DNA of 64,000 nt, from the NCBI GenBank assembly GCA_949358305.1, contig OX442314.1:4030001-4094000 (forward strand). The letters run 5' to 3'. The notes beneath the pieces are model-generated. The model did no database searches, was not told the DNA's origin, and saw nothing but the letters and a program-made list of their open reading frames with translations. Positions 12,574 to 23,610 of the stretch are shown piece after piece (the first letter of the stretch is position 1; each line of letters begins with the position of its first letter). Both the position numbers and the translations under genes were made by a program. The stretch comes from Strigamia acuminata (taxonomy: Eukaryota).

Positions 12574-14125
12574 TGTGACGATTCTACTTTTGGCTGATTT
12601 ATTAGCCATTTTAAGAGATAAATCGGTCGGAACAAGACGTTGTTAAGACTAACAACAACCTAACCGAGATAAGCTACGAAATGTGCGCTAAATGAATAAA
12701 ACAACGAAATGATATAAACTTACGGTTTTACTTGCTTGTTTCTACGAATACAAATGGTTCGGGGTTCTGGATACGTGTAAGCGGCGGCTACACTGGTTGA
12801 GGATCCGGGCGATGCACGAAGGGTACGGCTGACTTTGCGGCATCGTCACAAATAACGCTACGGAGACGTATTTGGTCCGCAGCTCGAATATCTAATAATA
12901 CGAAGAGTCCTTCGTATGGAAAGGAATATTCTGTAGAATATTCCAGGTCAAATAAATACAAAGTGATTAGTGGAATACAACAAATGAATTGTTGTATAAA
13001 TATTAATGGGGCGGGGACAGTCACGACAGTCGACAGGACCGTCGCGGGAGTTGTTGAGGCTCCATCCGCCAGCATGCCTTACGACGACAAGATCTCGTGA
13101 TCAGGCGCCGAGTATTTGTTTGTACGCTTTACATCGCTATCGGTGGTACCAACCACCGGGTAAACATTCCTATGGATTTACCAATTCCAGGATTACCAAT
13201 ACCTGAGTAATTGTTTAACGAAATGTCTTCACGGACAATTCTCACGGGCTACCAACCCGGCGTAGTGTGCCTTTAAATATGCCATTCACCGACCACTAAA
13301 GTACGGAAGGACCTATGATACGCAATTCGCCCTGGAATAGCATTTGTCCGTGTTTGTTTCGTGCTCGGGTGGGACCTCCCGCACACACGCTCTTGGCAGA
13401 GCGTCTGACCCTCGTCCGAGGAATCGCTCAGATAGATGCGACTATCACCGATCATATAGTTTGACATTTATTTAACGGGTTAGTCAATCCCGTGCATGAG
13501 CATTATACTATGCCACCGTATGAAATCCTACTGTCCCTTAGAACAGCTGGCTAACACTACGGGGCCATTTCATGTTGTTAACATGTCTACAAGGTTAGCC
13601 TTCCCCGATGGGCCCTACAACAAGCAATAACGAGATAGTAAGTCTACATATCCATTGAGAGCTGAGGAGGCCTGATGTGTCGATAAGAAAGAGAGAAATC
13701 AAACGATAACCAACAATACATACAAACAATATTCAAATCAAGCCAGGGCCTGGTAGAAAACCAGAGCTTATATAGTTCCTGAGAACAATCAGATTGGCGA
13801 CAGCCAATCAGGTGCCTGGATCGACGGATTCGTGGATCACTAGTCCGGACCTAATAGAGACCGGGGTTCGGACCTAATATGGAATTGGGTCCAGAAGGGT
13901 CCGATTGGTCCCCTTCAACAAGTAAATATAAAATATAATATTGATTCGGCAGAATCAATATTTAAGTAAATAATACTTTATCATGTTTAATAAATAATTT
14001 ATATTTATTCACGTCATTCCGACAATTAATTATAATTCTCGCAATTCATTCGAAAATGCGCGCTTTTAGTCAAATAGCGCCATCTGGCGGCAAATCGGAA
14101 ATTATACGGTTTTATAACCGTCACA
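12574..14125 (-). repeat. 5' LTR of element A
   Basis: Followed on - by AG and the tRNA-Gln PBS. Confidence 0.95.
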
Positions 14126-14961
14126 CCTTGTCTGTTTTGAATTCTAAAAAAAAAATATTTAAAAAAAAAATTAATTTTAGTTGTGACGTGACGTGACTTG
14201 ACGGTTTATTACGTTTGATTCTGTCCTCCATTTCGATGAAGAGCTTTTCTTTGTAGAAGAGTTCGTCGACTTTTTTCGGCATGCGTTTGAGGTCGCTCAT
14301 CGTCTTTTTTGTCCGCACGGATTCCTTCCTCTTTTTGGCTGATGGTTCTGCCAAGTTAGTCGAATTGCTGTTTTAGGTTGTGACAAATTAATATGGCTAT
14401 AAATGCCTATTGTGCCATTATGACGGTAATTTTACTGTATTTGCTTGTAAAACTGATAAGAGTCCTGAATAAAGTTATTTATGATGTTTCAGAAGCAAAG
14501 TTGTTATATTAATAAATATTAATTAACATTACTTCGTGATATCAAAGTATCACGGCCAAAAATACAAGATTTCGTCTGCTAAAACAGCATTCGTCAATGC
14601 GGTATGTCGCCACTAGAAGGCGCTATCGCAAATCAGCGGTAAATTCGAAATACGGAATTAAATGAATAACATTCAATATATTAAATAAGTATTTAATATA
14701 TTGGTTTAGATTATTTAACTTGACAATAATATAAAGTTATATTATTGTATTGAAAGATTGGAAGAAAGAATTGGTCACATTCTTGGAAATGTGACCATGC
14801 GGATTAAAGGATTAAAATGTGTAACTTGGGAATGTGTCCCCGGTATCCATTTCCGGTCCTGAGTATCCAGATCCGGTTTTGCTAAAGGATTAGCATAATC
14901 TGAAGTTGCATCCCCGTATCCACTTCCTGCGGTACGAGATTGGTGGAACTTAATCCCACCA

Positions 14962-15000
14962 AGTATAAAACTCCCTGACAACAGGAAGTTAGTCAGTTCT
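14962..15000 (+). promoter_or_regulatory. Putative LTR core promoter (TATA box + Inr)
   Basis: TATAAAA followed ~30 nt later by TCAGTT; an equivalent TATA is present in the A and C LTRs. Confidence 0.55.
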
Positions 15001-15207
15001 TGATTTCTGGTTATTTGGTATGTTCCGCATGTCAAATAACTGTTTCTTACTCAGGGCATGGGCCTACCGGTCCATGCATAGCATGGCTCTGCTGAGCCAT
15101 GCAACCCCCGTCAACTGAAGGCGAAGTTCGGACTGTTAATGTTTCCGTCAAACGGTCTTGCCGAGGAGAAAGCCTCCCGCATAAGTATCCTCGTGGTCGG
15201 ACAATAG

Positions 15208-15408
15208 AATCACGTGTGATACCAAAGTATTTAGTAACCGTTAGTAGCACTGTTACTGAAAGAGATTGACTCCATCACTTGATGGTGCCAAAGCAGTCTG
15301 CATGCAAAACATGCAGTTACCGCCAGTAGCACTATGTGTTTGGGAAAGTTATATCTCTTCGGTGATGGTGCCAAAGCAGTCTACTTATGAGTAGTATCTC
15401 AGGTGATT
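15208..15408 (+). ncRNA. Structured cis-acting RNA element in the LTR transcribed region (two-fold symmetric internal-loop hairpin)
   Basis: Two CAAAGCAGT / TWACCNYNAGTA internal loops with covarying stems relative to element C; copies at ~35598-35798 (+), 25205-25410 (-) and 32709-32914 (-). Confidence 0.65.
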
Positions 15409-16263
15409 AATTCTGTTGTGCAGAACTGCGGGCTATATCCCCCTGAATACCAGTGCCGTCTCTCACCGCACTGTTAGTTAGGGCACGCGCGATACTGTTC
15501 TGCTCAGCAAGGCGAACTTTGACGGCAATTGTGTGTTGCGATGTTTAACCTTTATTATATTTTGTAGTTGATAAATACACCTTAATTGTTTAAACTTGGC
15601 AACAAGTTAACAACCGAAGTAAGTCACGAGACTTATTTCACTGTATGACGAATCAAATTCGTAACAATAAATTGAATACAATTTATTGAGTTAATTTATT
15701 AAACTCACAACATCGCGAATTAAATATAATTCGCAAGCGGAACCTTGGCGAATAAATGACTTCATTTATTCATTACCAATTTCCAACCCTAGTTGTGGCG
15801 GTGCACATGAGTCAACCGCACCTCTCGGATCGAACCAAACAGCATTACACGGACCATTACACGATACGAACCAGGAACGTGAAGGAACCAGTTCCACGAT
15901 TACGAAGCGCCGACGGAAGCCGCGAGGACACAGCCAGCCCGGCTACGCGTAGATGACATCTTTTAACTCGGTCGAGCGGGCATTTTGCCGTTCCCGAACC
16001 CCGGATCACCAATAACCGTAATCATATTATTTTAGGGCTGTTTTACAGCCAATTTCATGTATAGTTTAACTTGTATTTAACTTGCCAAATGTCGGCATTA
16101 GAATTTGTATAACTTTTAGGATTGATTATATTGTTTAGTAACAATAAATGTCACGTTTTGAGAAACTCTGTTGTCTTTATTATCTCGTATTTTAATCACT
16201 TATTCACGCGACTTATACCCGGTACTATCATGCGATAGGAGTTGTGGTCGTCACCGTCACACG

Positions 16264-16281
16264 TGGAGGTTCCACCGAGAT
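16264..16281 (+). promoter_or_regulatory. Primer binding site complementary to the tRNA-Gln 3' end
   Basis: TGGAGGTTCCACCGAGAT is the reverse complement of ATCTCGGTGGAACCTCCA, the metazoan tRNA-Gln 3' end; 2 nt after the LTR. Confidence 0.88.
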
Positions 16282-17071
16282 AGGTTGCAAAGTTTAAATT
16301 TACCGAATTTAAATAAAAGTGAAAATTGAGATAAATAAAGAGTATAACATTTCAAAACATTTTATATGTCTCTGCTTTTGCGAAGTAGGGAATCCTCTTT
16401 AAGAACGTTGGGATTCGTGAGAACTCTAACATTAAAGGGAAAGTTTCGTTGTGTTGAAAAAACACTTAAAATCGAAGTAAAATTAATTTTAATTTTCACG
16501 AAACAAGGCTTGGTAAAATTCCAATGTTAGTTGAATATTTTCGTAAGAAATATCCAATCAGTAACGAGATTGACCAGGCCAAAGTGCGGACGTAGTAGAA
16601 AACTACTAAAATAAAGGATTAGTTTCCATTTTATCATTGGATAAAATAACTTTCCACCGATAAAGTGTCGAGGGATTAAAGGATTATCGATCCTCGATGC
16701 CACGCGGATCCAGACTACAGACGACCATTCGTATCCAGACCAGACCTGCAGACACGTGCTCCAGTAGCCATCTTGACCACGCCGTCCCGTTCAGTCCCGA
16801 TTCGAATTTTCCACGCCGTAAACCAGCTAAAGTTAAGTGTATTTCACCTATTATTTTAATAAATAATTTAAAGCGCCTTCTCACCCGACGCTAGTTTACT
16901 TGTAGTAGGATTCATTTGATTGTTTAAAATTTATCGATAGTTTAACACGTTTAACCACCACGTGGAGTTTAAGCTTAACCTTATCGAAGTGTATTGTTAT
17001 TTTGAAGTGTATTTTTTTTATATAAAGTGTGTTATCGTTCTTTAGTAATAAAGAATTTAAAAACTTTTATC

Positions 17072-18665
17072 ATGTCTGACGAAAACATTCATATGAATGA
17101 ACGAGAAGTTGATGACGGAAACTTGGAAAATAGTTACGTCCGACTCGAAGACCAAACGGATTTAATTCCGGACGATTTGACAGAGTATTGTCGACTCTAT
17201 AATCTAAATCGGGCTGATTTCAAAACAATAACCGAAGCGGTTAATCATGTACGCGTACTTGAGAAAAGAAATCAGAGAATTAGACCCGATGAAGATGAAA
17301 ATTCGGAGAACGAAAGTCGGCATTCGCGGACTTCACACCGAACCCCACGAAAAACGATTCCCACGAATCGTAAGCTGGACTTTCCCTCTCCTAAAAAGAG
17401 GTTGGGATATCAAGCCCGGATAGTGTCGACTCCACAGCTAAACGATAGAATGGTACGCGAACCATCGTTTAGCCGATCTCGTAGTCAACAAAGTTCTGGA
17501 CAAAGAACACCCAACTCTAATAGTCCTTTAAATCTAGCCAAACCAAGGTCTAGATCGACTAGTGTTAATCGAACGATTAACAATAGTAATTCGGGTTTTA
17601 TCCCCCAAACTTCGGGGAATAGACAAAATGTCTCCCAAAACTCTGAACAAATTAGTAATTCAGGATATGCCTGTTTTCGATGGAAAACAGAAGGACGTGG
17701 CTAAATTTTTAGCTACAGCCAAAACAGTCGCTGTCGCTAAAGGTTTGACTCTGGATGAGATGGTAAAACGCGGAATACCAACTTATTTATCTGGTATAGC
17801 CCACGAATGGCATACCGATAACCTCGACAAATTTGTTGACTGGAAAACTTTCGAAAAGATGTTTTTGGCGGAGTTTGACATGATTCCTGTCACTCGAGCC
17901 CGAAAGCTTCGAAATTTAATCCAGGGCCCAGAAGAGCCACTTTATACATTTCTTTTGAGATTTAAACAAGCTCAAGGATCTTATTCAAAAAGAGATGAAG
18001 CCCCCACTCTTCTCGAGAATTTGAATTTAGTTAGTTACAATCGAATAATCGATAGAGGTCTTTATGAAGAATCATTTAATGACATATTTCAATTTGTCCG
18101 GCAGAATAGGGCTCTTTTCGAAGCCCAAAATGCTAGTGTAGACACTATTGCCAATAAAGAGGACGAAACTGCCCCGTCAAATACTCAAAAAGGTAAAGAC
18201 GCCAGGAGTTCGCGCCCACTCATACGATCTACTCAGACGTTGAACGCCGAACCAGAAGTTGTACCTATGGAATCTGACGAGACAGACAATCTTGAAAACG
18301 ATGTTGGATTCAACAACATGGTATGTGCCCTATCGGAGAAAGCAACTGGAAAATGCTTCCATTGCAATCAACCAGGACACTTTAAGAGGGAATGTCCTTT
18401 GTTACAAAAAAGAAAATTTGTTCAGGACAAGCCCCAAGGTACTGGTAATAATACCAATACCAATCCCGCCTCTGATCTTTTTAAACGACAGAGACAAAAT
18501 TGGGTGACCGCTGAATCTTTGGACCAAAAGCTTGAAGACTTCAAAACTACTATGCAAACTAGTATGACAAAATCCATGTCGGACTTATTCACTAAATTTT
18601 TGGATCCAAAAAATGCGACCACTCCGCCTTTGGCGATTGAAGGTCCACCGACTCCAAAAAACTAG
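17072..18665 (+). CDS. gag: Gag of element B, split into two frames (17072-17704 and 17562/17628-18665)
   Basis: Capsid-like PVFDG...W..F...F and CCHC knuckle CFHCNQPGHFKREC; the two parts are one ORF in element A. Confidence 0.85.
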
Positions 18666-18690
18666 TAGAGGGGGTTACCGAAAACCCCCT
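18656..18690 (+). promoter_or_regulatory. -1 programmed ribosomal frameshift signal (gag-pol)
   Basis: A AAA AAC heptamer, 6-nt spacer, stem AGGGGGTT/AACCCCCT; the -1 frame is open into the pol ORF. Confidence 0.85.
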
Positions 18691-21600
18691 AAAAAACCAG
18701 AGTAATACATTATCCTCAGAAATAGAAAATGTTCTAAACGAAACTCTGAACAAATTAGTAATTCAAGATGAGGAAATTAAACGACCTAATCGTAAAACTA
18801 GGAAAAGGAATCCAAAGTATGTATTTAAGGAACCTTATCCCAACACTCCTTTTTCGATGGAAGAGACTGAAAATCCATTTACATCATTCGATGACGACCT
18901 CTTTCCTGCGGATAAGGGGGACGAATCTTGGCGAGAGTCCTTGAATGCAATAATTGAAAGCGCTGTAAATCCTCCTGTTCGAGAGGAAACCACTAGTTCT
19001 AGTGGAGGAGTATGCGAAAGTTTGGAGGCAATGATGGAAAATTTAGATATCTCCTCGAAATTATCTAGACATCATAGACTTCGTAAATATGTCAAAGAAC
19101 ATCAGCTCAAGAGAGCTGAAGTAGTTGAACGCATCAAACGTTTAGGAAACAGTAGCGACGACCCCCGAATGAAAATAACAATAGGTGGACTCACCTATAA
19201 TGCTTTAATGGATTCAGGAGCCACCCAATGTTTTATTGGATTACAATTACTTGACAGTACTTGTGCCTCCCCTGACTTCATTCAAGATTGCCCCCGAAAT
19301 ATGAAAGTGTGTGCCGTCGGCATAACTCATATCCCGCTAGGACAAATAACCCTTTGTGTTCAATGGGCAGATGGAGTAGAATTCACTCCAATGAATTTCA
19401 TCATTTTAGACCGAAATGTGTGTGGCCTAATTTTAGGGCACAATTTTATGCGTCGTACAACAATTAATTTAAATCCAGCACGAGCTGTATTTGACTGTGA
19501 CAACAAACCTGGTTGGACTGCGCCTTACGTGGATAACGAATTTAATGACAGTCTAGCGAGGTTACGCACACTAAGAGACGACGGAACAGTCACTCATACA
19601 CCCGACAATTGGGAAGAATTGTTGGTGAAAGATTGTGATTGTTCCGACGAGGATAAGACCAAATTACTAGAAGTAATTTCTGGAATCAAGCACGTCTTTC
19701 GGGACAAAGTTGGTTGTACGAACCTTGCCAAACATAAAATTACGTTTAAAAAGGACGCGAAATGGAAAAAACAACCGTTTCGCATGTACAATCCAGCAAA
19801 AATTGCGATTATGACCAAACTAGTTGAAGAGCTAGAAGCAGAGAATCTCATTGAGAAATCTACGGGGCCTTACATAAGTCATCCCGTAATAGTTGCCAAA
19901 CCAAATGGCACATATAGGTTATGTATTGATTTCCGATGGTTAAATGCGATCACCGAAATCAATGCAATCCAAATGCCCAGTATTGATTTGCTCATGCACA
20001 ATACTAATCAGGCAAAATACTTCACCTCACTTGACCTTACAAAAGGATATTATCAAGTAGAGATGGAAGAAGAAGATAAGCAGAAAACTGCTTTCTATAC
20101 TCCGAAAGGCAACTATCAATTTGTACGTATGCCATTTGGGTTATGTAACGCGCCTTGTACATTTCAAGCCCTAATGGAACAAGTTATGGGTGACGCGTTA
20201 TATAAACACGCATTAGTCTATTTAGACGATGTAATTATCTTTTCTCAGACTTGGGATCAACATCTCGGTCACATTAAAGATGTATTAGAACGACTAGACA
20301 AAGCAAACTTATCCGTAAATAAAGAAAAGTCTAAGTTCGGCAGAACTACGCTAAAATTTCTGGGACACTTAATCACTCCGAATGGATTAGCCCCGGATCC
20401 TGATAAAATAGCGTCAGTACGAAAATTTCCCACCCCAAAAACATCGAAAGATGTACAAAGGTTTCACGGGTTGGCAAATTTCTTTAGGAAGTTTATTCCT
20501 AACCACGGTGAAATTGCTACTCCACTGACTAGCATAATGCACGAGAAAGCAACCTTTGTCTGGGGACAAGAGCAAATAGACGCTTTCGAAAGAATTAAAG
20601 ACATTTTATGCGACGAAACTCAAGTTTTGTTAATGCCTAACATGCTCGAACCCTTTGTGATTCTAACAGACGCTTCACATTCAGGATTAGGAGCGGTATT
20701 ATGCCAAGATGTGGATTTTCTTGACAAAAACAAGGACAAATGGATTAAAACTCCAAGACCCGTAGCCTACGCTAGTCGCGTACTTCGAGGAGCCGAGCAA
20801 CGTTACACTACTCCCGAATTAGAGTGTCTGGCGGTAGTATGGGCTGTAGAACGTTTCCGCCCTTACATAGAATACACGTCTTTCACCCTGGAGTCAGATG
20901 CAGAAGCCTTAAAATGGCTAATGGGAACGCCAGAACCTTCTGGTCGTTTTGGCCGATGGGCAATTAAACTGCAATGTGGCGCCTTTAAGATTAAGTATCG
21001 CCGTGGTACTCAAAATCAAGTCGCAGACGCATTTTCAAGAGCTCCTTTGAGTATTGAAGACATTCCGAAGGATGATTACATCGAACCCACAGAAATAACT
21101 CAATTCTGGCCCGAATGGGACGGAAATAAAGAAGTTACTCGTAGAGAAGAACCAAAACCCTGTCAGTTCTTAACAAACGTGTCAGTAAAGTTTGATTATT
21201 CCAAAAAATTAAATAATTCTTTGGAAAAGGGGGAGAAAGGTCATGTAGAACCAGAAACTTTATTTAGTGCTTTAACCGAAGTACTAAGTATAGTTCCTCC
21301 TACCAGAGCAGAAATCATCGAAGCTCAGCTCAAAGACTATGAATGTAGAAAAATAATAACTCACCTAAAATTAGATGAAGTTGAGCAAAGAAGGAATAAG
21401 AAAACTAAGCGATGGATGAAAGACATCAAAGGCTACCAACTAGATTTCAAAGAAAATCATGATAATGAAGATGAGAATAGTAATGACTCTGAAATGTTAA
21501 TCTTCTTCAAACCAACATTTGAAGAAGAATTAAATGATTCCGGCAACGGATTTAAAGCGGTGATTCCACCTTCGTTAGTACGACGAGTGTTGTTCGCATG

Positions 21601-23023
21601 CCACGGACATCCGTTAAGTGGACACGCGGGGATGAGTAAAACGCTCGAACGAGCGAAACTCATCTATTATTGGCCTAAAATGAGCAAAGACACGTGCAAT
21701 TATGTTCGTAGTTGTGTTCATTGCCAACAATACAAACCTAGTCAACACCGCAAAAACAGAGCGAGTTATACTCCTCACAATATGGCACAGCCATGGGAAG
21801 TTCTTTGTTTAGACTTCATGGGTCCCAAACCCGCTGGTCAATACCAACATAAATATATTTTAGTAGGAATCGATCAATGTACTAAATGGGTAGAATTAGC
21901 TCCATTAAGCAAAGCTTCAAGTGAAGCAATTATAACAAAGTTAGGTGATATCGTACATAGATGGGGATACCCCAGGAAAATTATCAGTGATAATGGAAAA
22001 CAGTTCGCATCAACCATCTATGAGGGTTTCTGCAAAAGGCATAACATTAAAATGACGCATATAAGTCCTTATCATGCTCAGGCCAACCCCACAGAACGGG
22101 CAAACAGGGATATCAAAATAATGCTTGCAATTTATTCTGATGTGCACTCTCACTGGCCACGTTTTCTGAATGAATTTGCATTTGCATCCAGAACGGCAAA
22201 ATCCGAAGCAACCGGATCGACGCCATTTTTATTAAATACGGGAAGAATAGTAACACTACCTTTCGACCCGCGAATTATTCAACACGCGAATAAATTCGAT
22301 AAAAATAACCCTGAGGAATTCGTGTTTAATTTACTCGGGATTTTACGAAGAGCACACCAAGAGATGCACCGTAGGATCCAACTAAATTACGAGAAACACG
22401 ACAGAATTCACCGTAATAAATTTCATATTTGCAAATATGAAGTAGGTGATTTAGTCTGGAAAAATACACATATTCTTTCCAATCAAGACAAAGGCATTAC
22501 TAAAGGATTTGCTGAAAAACGAGACGGACCGTGGGAAATCACGGCCGTATTAACAGGAGGTGCATACGCCTTACGAAAATTATTAGATGACTCAATTGAA
22601 CCATCGATAAATACGGATGATCTCACCCCGTATATCCCTTCATACCCGATTGAGACATGGACTCTGGGTCAGAAAAAAGGAAAACTGAAAGATCATCCAA
22701 ACCCTGATTGGATGTCGGCAAATTCCGAATTTAACGAATCTAATTCACAAGAATTAGATAATCAAGATATGGAAGAAACCTCTCGTGAAAATCTTGAAAA
22801 AGATATGGAAGAACTTCCTCAAGAAAGTCTTGAACAAGAAGAAAGAATAATTCCTACCTCAAATGAAAATGGAAACGAGATTATCGATCCACGAAGTAAT
22901 AACTCAAATAAACGGAAGCGAACAGCTGACCTTCCGGAGATAATCTCGAGACCGAAAAGAACTTCGAAGCCAAATCCGAAATATACTACGGATTTTGTGC
23001 AGATGATTCAAGAACGTCGTTAA
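18662..23023 (+). CDS. pol: Pol polyprotein (aspartic protease, RT, RNase H, integrase), intact
   Basis: LMDSGAT, LCIDFR/MPFGL/YLDD, TDAS...ELECLAV, HHCC, LDF...SDNG...E, GPW; first ATG at 18857. Confidence 0.97.
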   Translation, partial: LVEGVTENPLKNQSNTLSSEIENVLNETLNKLVIQDEEIKRPNRKTRKRNPKYVFKEPYPNTPFSMEETENPFTSFDDDLFPADKGDESWRESLNAIIESAVNPPVREETTSSSGGVCESLEAMMENLDISSKLSRHHRLRKYVKEHQLKRAEVVERIKRLGNSSDDPRMKITIGGLTYNALMDSGATQCFIGLQLLDSTCASPDFIQDCPRNMKVCAVGITHIPLGQITLCVQWADGVEFTPMNFIILDRNVCGLILGHNFMRRTTINLNPARAVFDCDNKPGWTAPYVDNEFNDSLARLRTLRDDGTVTHTPDNWEELLVKDCDCSDEDKTKLLEVISGIKHVFRDKVGCTNLAKHKITFKKDAKWKKQPFRMYNPAKIAIMTKLVEELEAENLIEKSTGPYISHPVIVAKPNGTYRLCIDFRWLNAITEINAIQMPSIDLLMHNTNQAKYFTSLDLTKGYYQVEMEEEDKQKTAFYTPKGNYQFVRMPFGLCNAPCTFQALMEQVMGDALYKHALVYLDDVIIFSQTWDQHLGHIKDVLERLDKANLSVNKEKSKFGRTTLKFLGHLITPNGLAPDPDKIASVRKFPTPKTSKDVQRFHGLANFFRKFIPNHGEIATPLTSIMHEKATFVWGQEQIDAFERIKDILCDETQVLLMPNMLEPFVILTDASHSGLGAVLCQDVDFLDKNKDKWIKTPRPVAYASRVLRGAEQRYTTPELECLAVVWAVERFRPYIEYTSFTLESDAEALKWLMGTPEPSGRFGRWAIKLQCGAFKIKYRRGTQNQVADAFSRAPLSIEDIPKDDYIEPTEITQFWPEWDGNKEVTRREEPKPCQFLTNVSVKFDYSKKLNNSLEKGEKGHVEPETLFSALTEVLSIVPPTRAEIIEAQLKDYECRKIITHLKLDEVEQRRNKKTKRWMKDIKGYQLDFKENHDNEDENSNDSEMLIFFKPTFEEELNDSGNGFKAVIPPSLVRRVLFACHGHPLSGHAGMSKTLERAKLIYYWPKMSKDTCNYVRSCVHCQQYKPSQHRKNRASYTPHNMAQPWEVLCLDFMGPKPAGQYQHKYILVGIDQCTKWVELAPLSKASSEAIITKLGDIVHRWGYPRKIISDNGKQFASTIYEGFCKRHNIKMTHISPYHAQANPTERANRDIKIMLAIYSDVHSHWPRFLNEFAFASRTAKSEATGSTPFLLNTGRIVTLPFDPRIIQHANKFDKNNPEEFVFNLLGILRRAHQEMHRRIQLNYEKHDRIHRNKFHICKYEVGDLVWKNTHILSNQDKGITKGFAEKRDGPWEITAVLTGGAYALRKLLDDSIEPSINTDDLTPYIPSYPIETWTLGQKKGKLKDHPNPDWMSANSEFNESNSQELDNQDMEETSRENLEKDMEELPQESLEQEERIIPTSNENGNEIIDPRSNNSNKRKRTADLPEIISRPKRTSKPNPKYTTDFVQMIQERR

Positions 23024-23610
23024 AAGATTCTAAATATAAAAAGAATATTCTAAAAGATATTGATTTAAATCAGATATTGAATATTCAAATCGAAAATTCG
23101 CGAAGTCACCTGGTAACTTATGACCCCGGGTGGAGAGTAAAAGATTCGTTCTATATTCAGTCTTCTAACACACACGTGAGAGAAGAAGAACTTCGTCGAA
23201 TTCAACAAAAATCACGAACAATTGCGTCGATATTGTTAGCCATTAAACAAAGAATACAGGTATGATGATTATACATATGAATTAATATATATATCATGAC
23301 ATCTCTTTATATTTAAAGAAATACAAACCAGCGGAATTCGTTTATTAGCGGCGGAGGATTTGAAAGCCACGTGCTCTAAACTCCAAGTTATCGTCGAAGC
23401 GACTATACTTAGAATTCTACAAGCTACGCTTCTAAAGGAAGCAGGACATTTTCGTAAGTTCGATAAAATTATCAATACACGAAAGTGTAAAGTTGTAACG
23501 AATTATAATTATAAAATTCGTAAATTGAGTTACGCGTCTTCTCAATAGAGGGCGCGCGCATACAAAAGTATTGCAAATAAAACTAAAACGTTTTCTATAT
23601 TTGTAGAATT

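Larger units (their letters stand above)
5478..14125 (-). mobile_element. Element A: non-autonomous gag-only LTR retrotransposon (8.6 kb)
   Basis: Apparently identical 1552-bp LTRs 5478-7029 and 12574-14125 (TGTGAC...GTCACA); TSD CCTT; PBS TGGAGGTTCTACCGAGAT at 12554-12571 (-); PPT CCGGGGGATG at 7030-7039 (-); no pol. Confidence 0.93.
14379..16261 (+). repeat. 5' LTR of element B (1883 bp)
   Basis: TGTGAC...GTCACA; near-identical to the 3' LTR from ~14960 onward. Confidence 0.93.

Noticed and set aside
14182..14202. Intronic (GTGAC)n resembling LTR termini as an integration signal
   Set aside because: Present in all five copies, the insertions are not at the motif, and a pentamer microsatellite explains it.
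15235..15383. Known self-cleaving ribozyme (hammerhead, hairpin, HDV, twister)
   Set aside because: The catalytic core consensus of these classes was not seen; kept as an unclassified structured RNA.
23077..23548. Possible spliced mini-ORFs between pol and ORF3
   Set aside because: The candidate donors and acceptors did not give an in-frame join.
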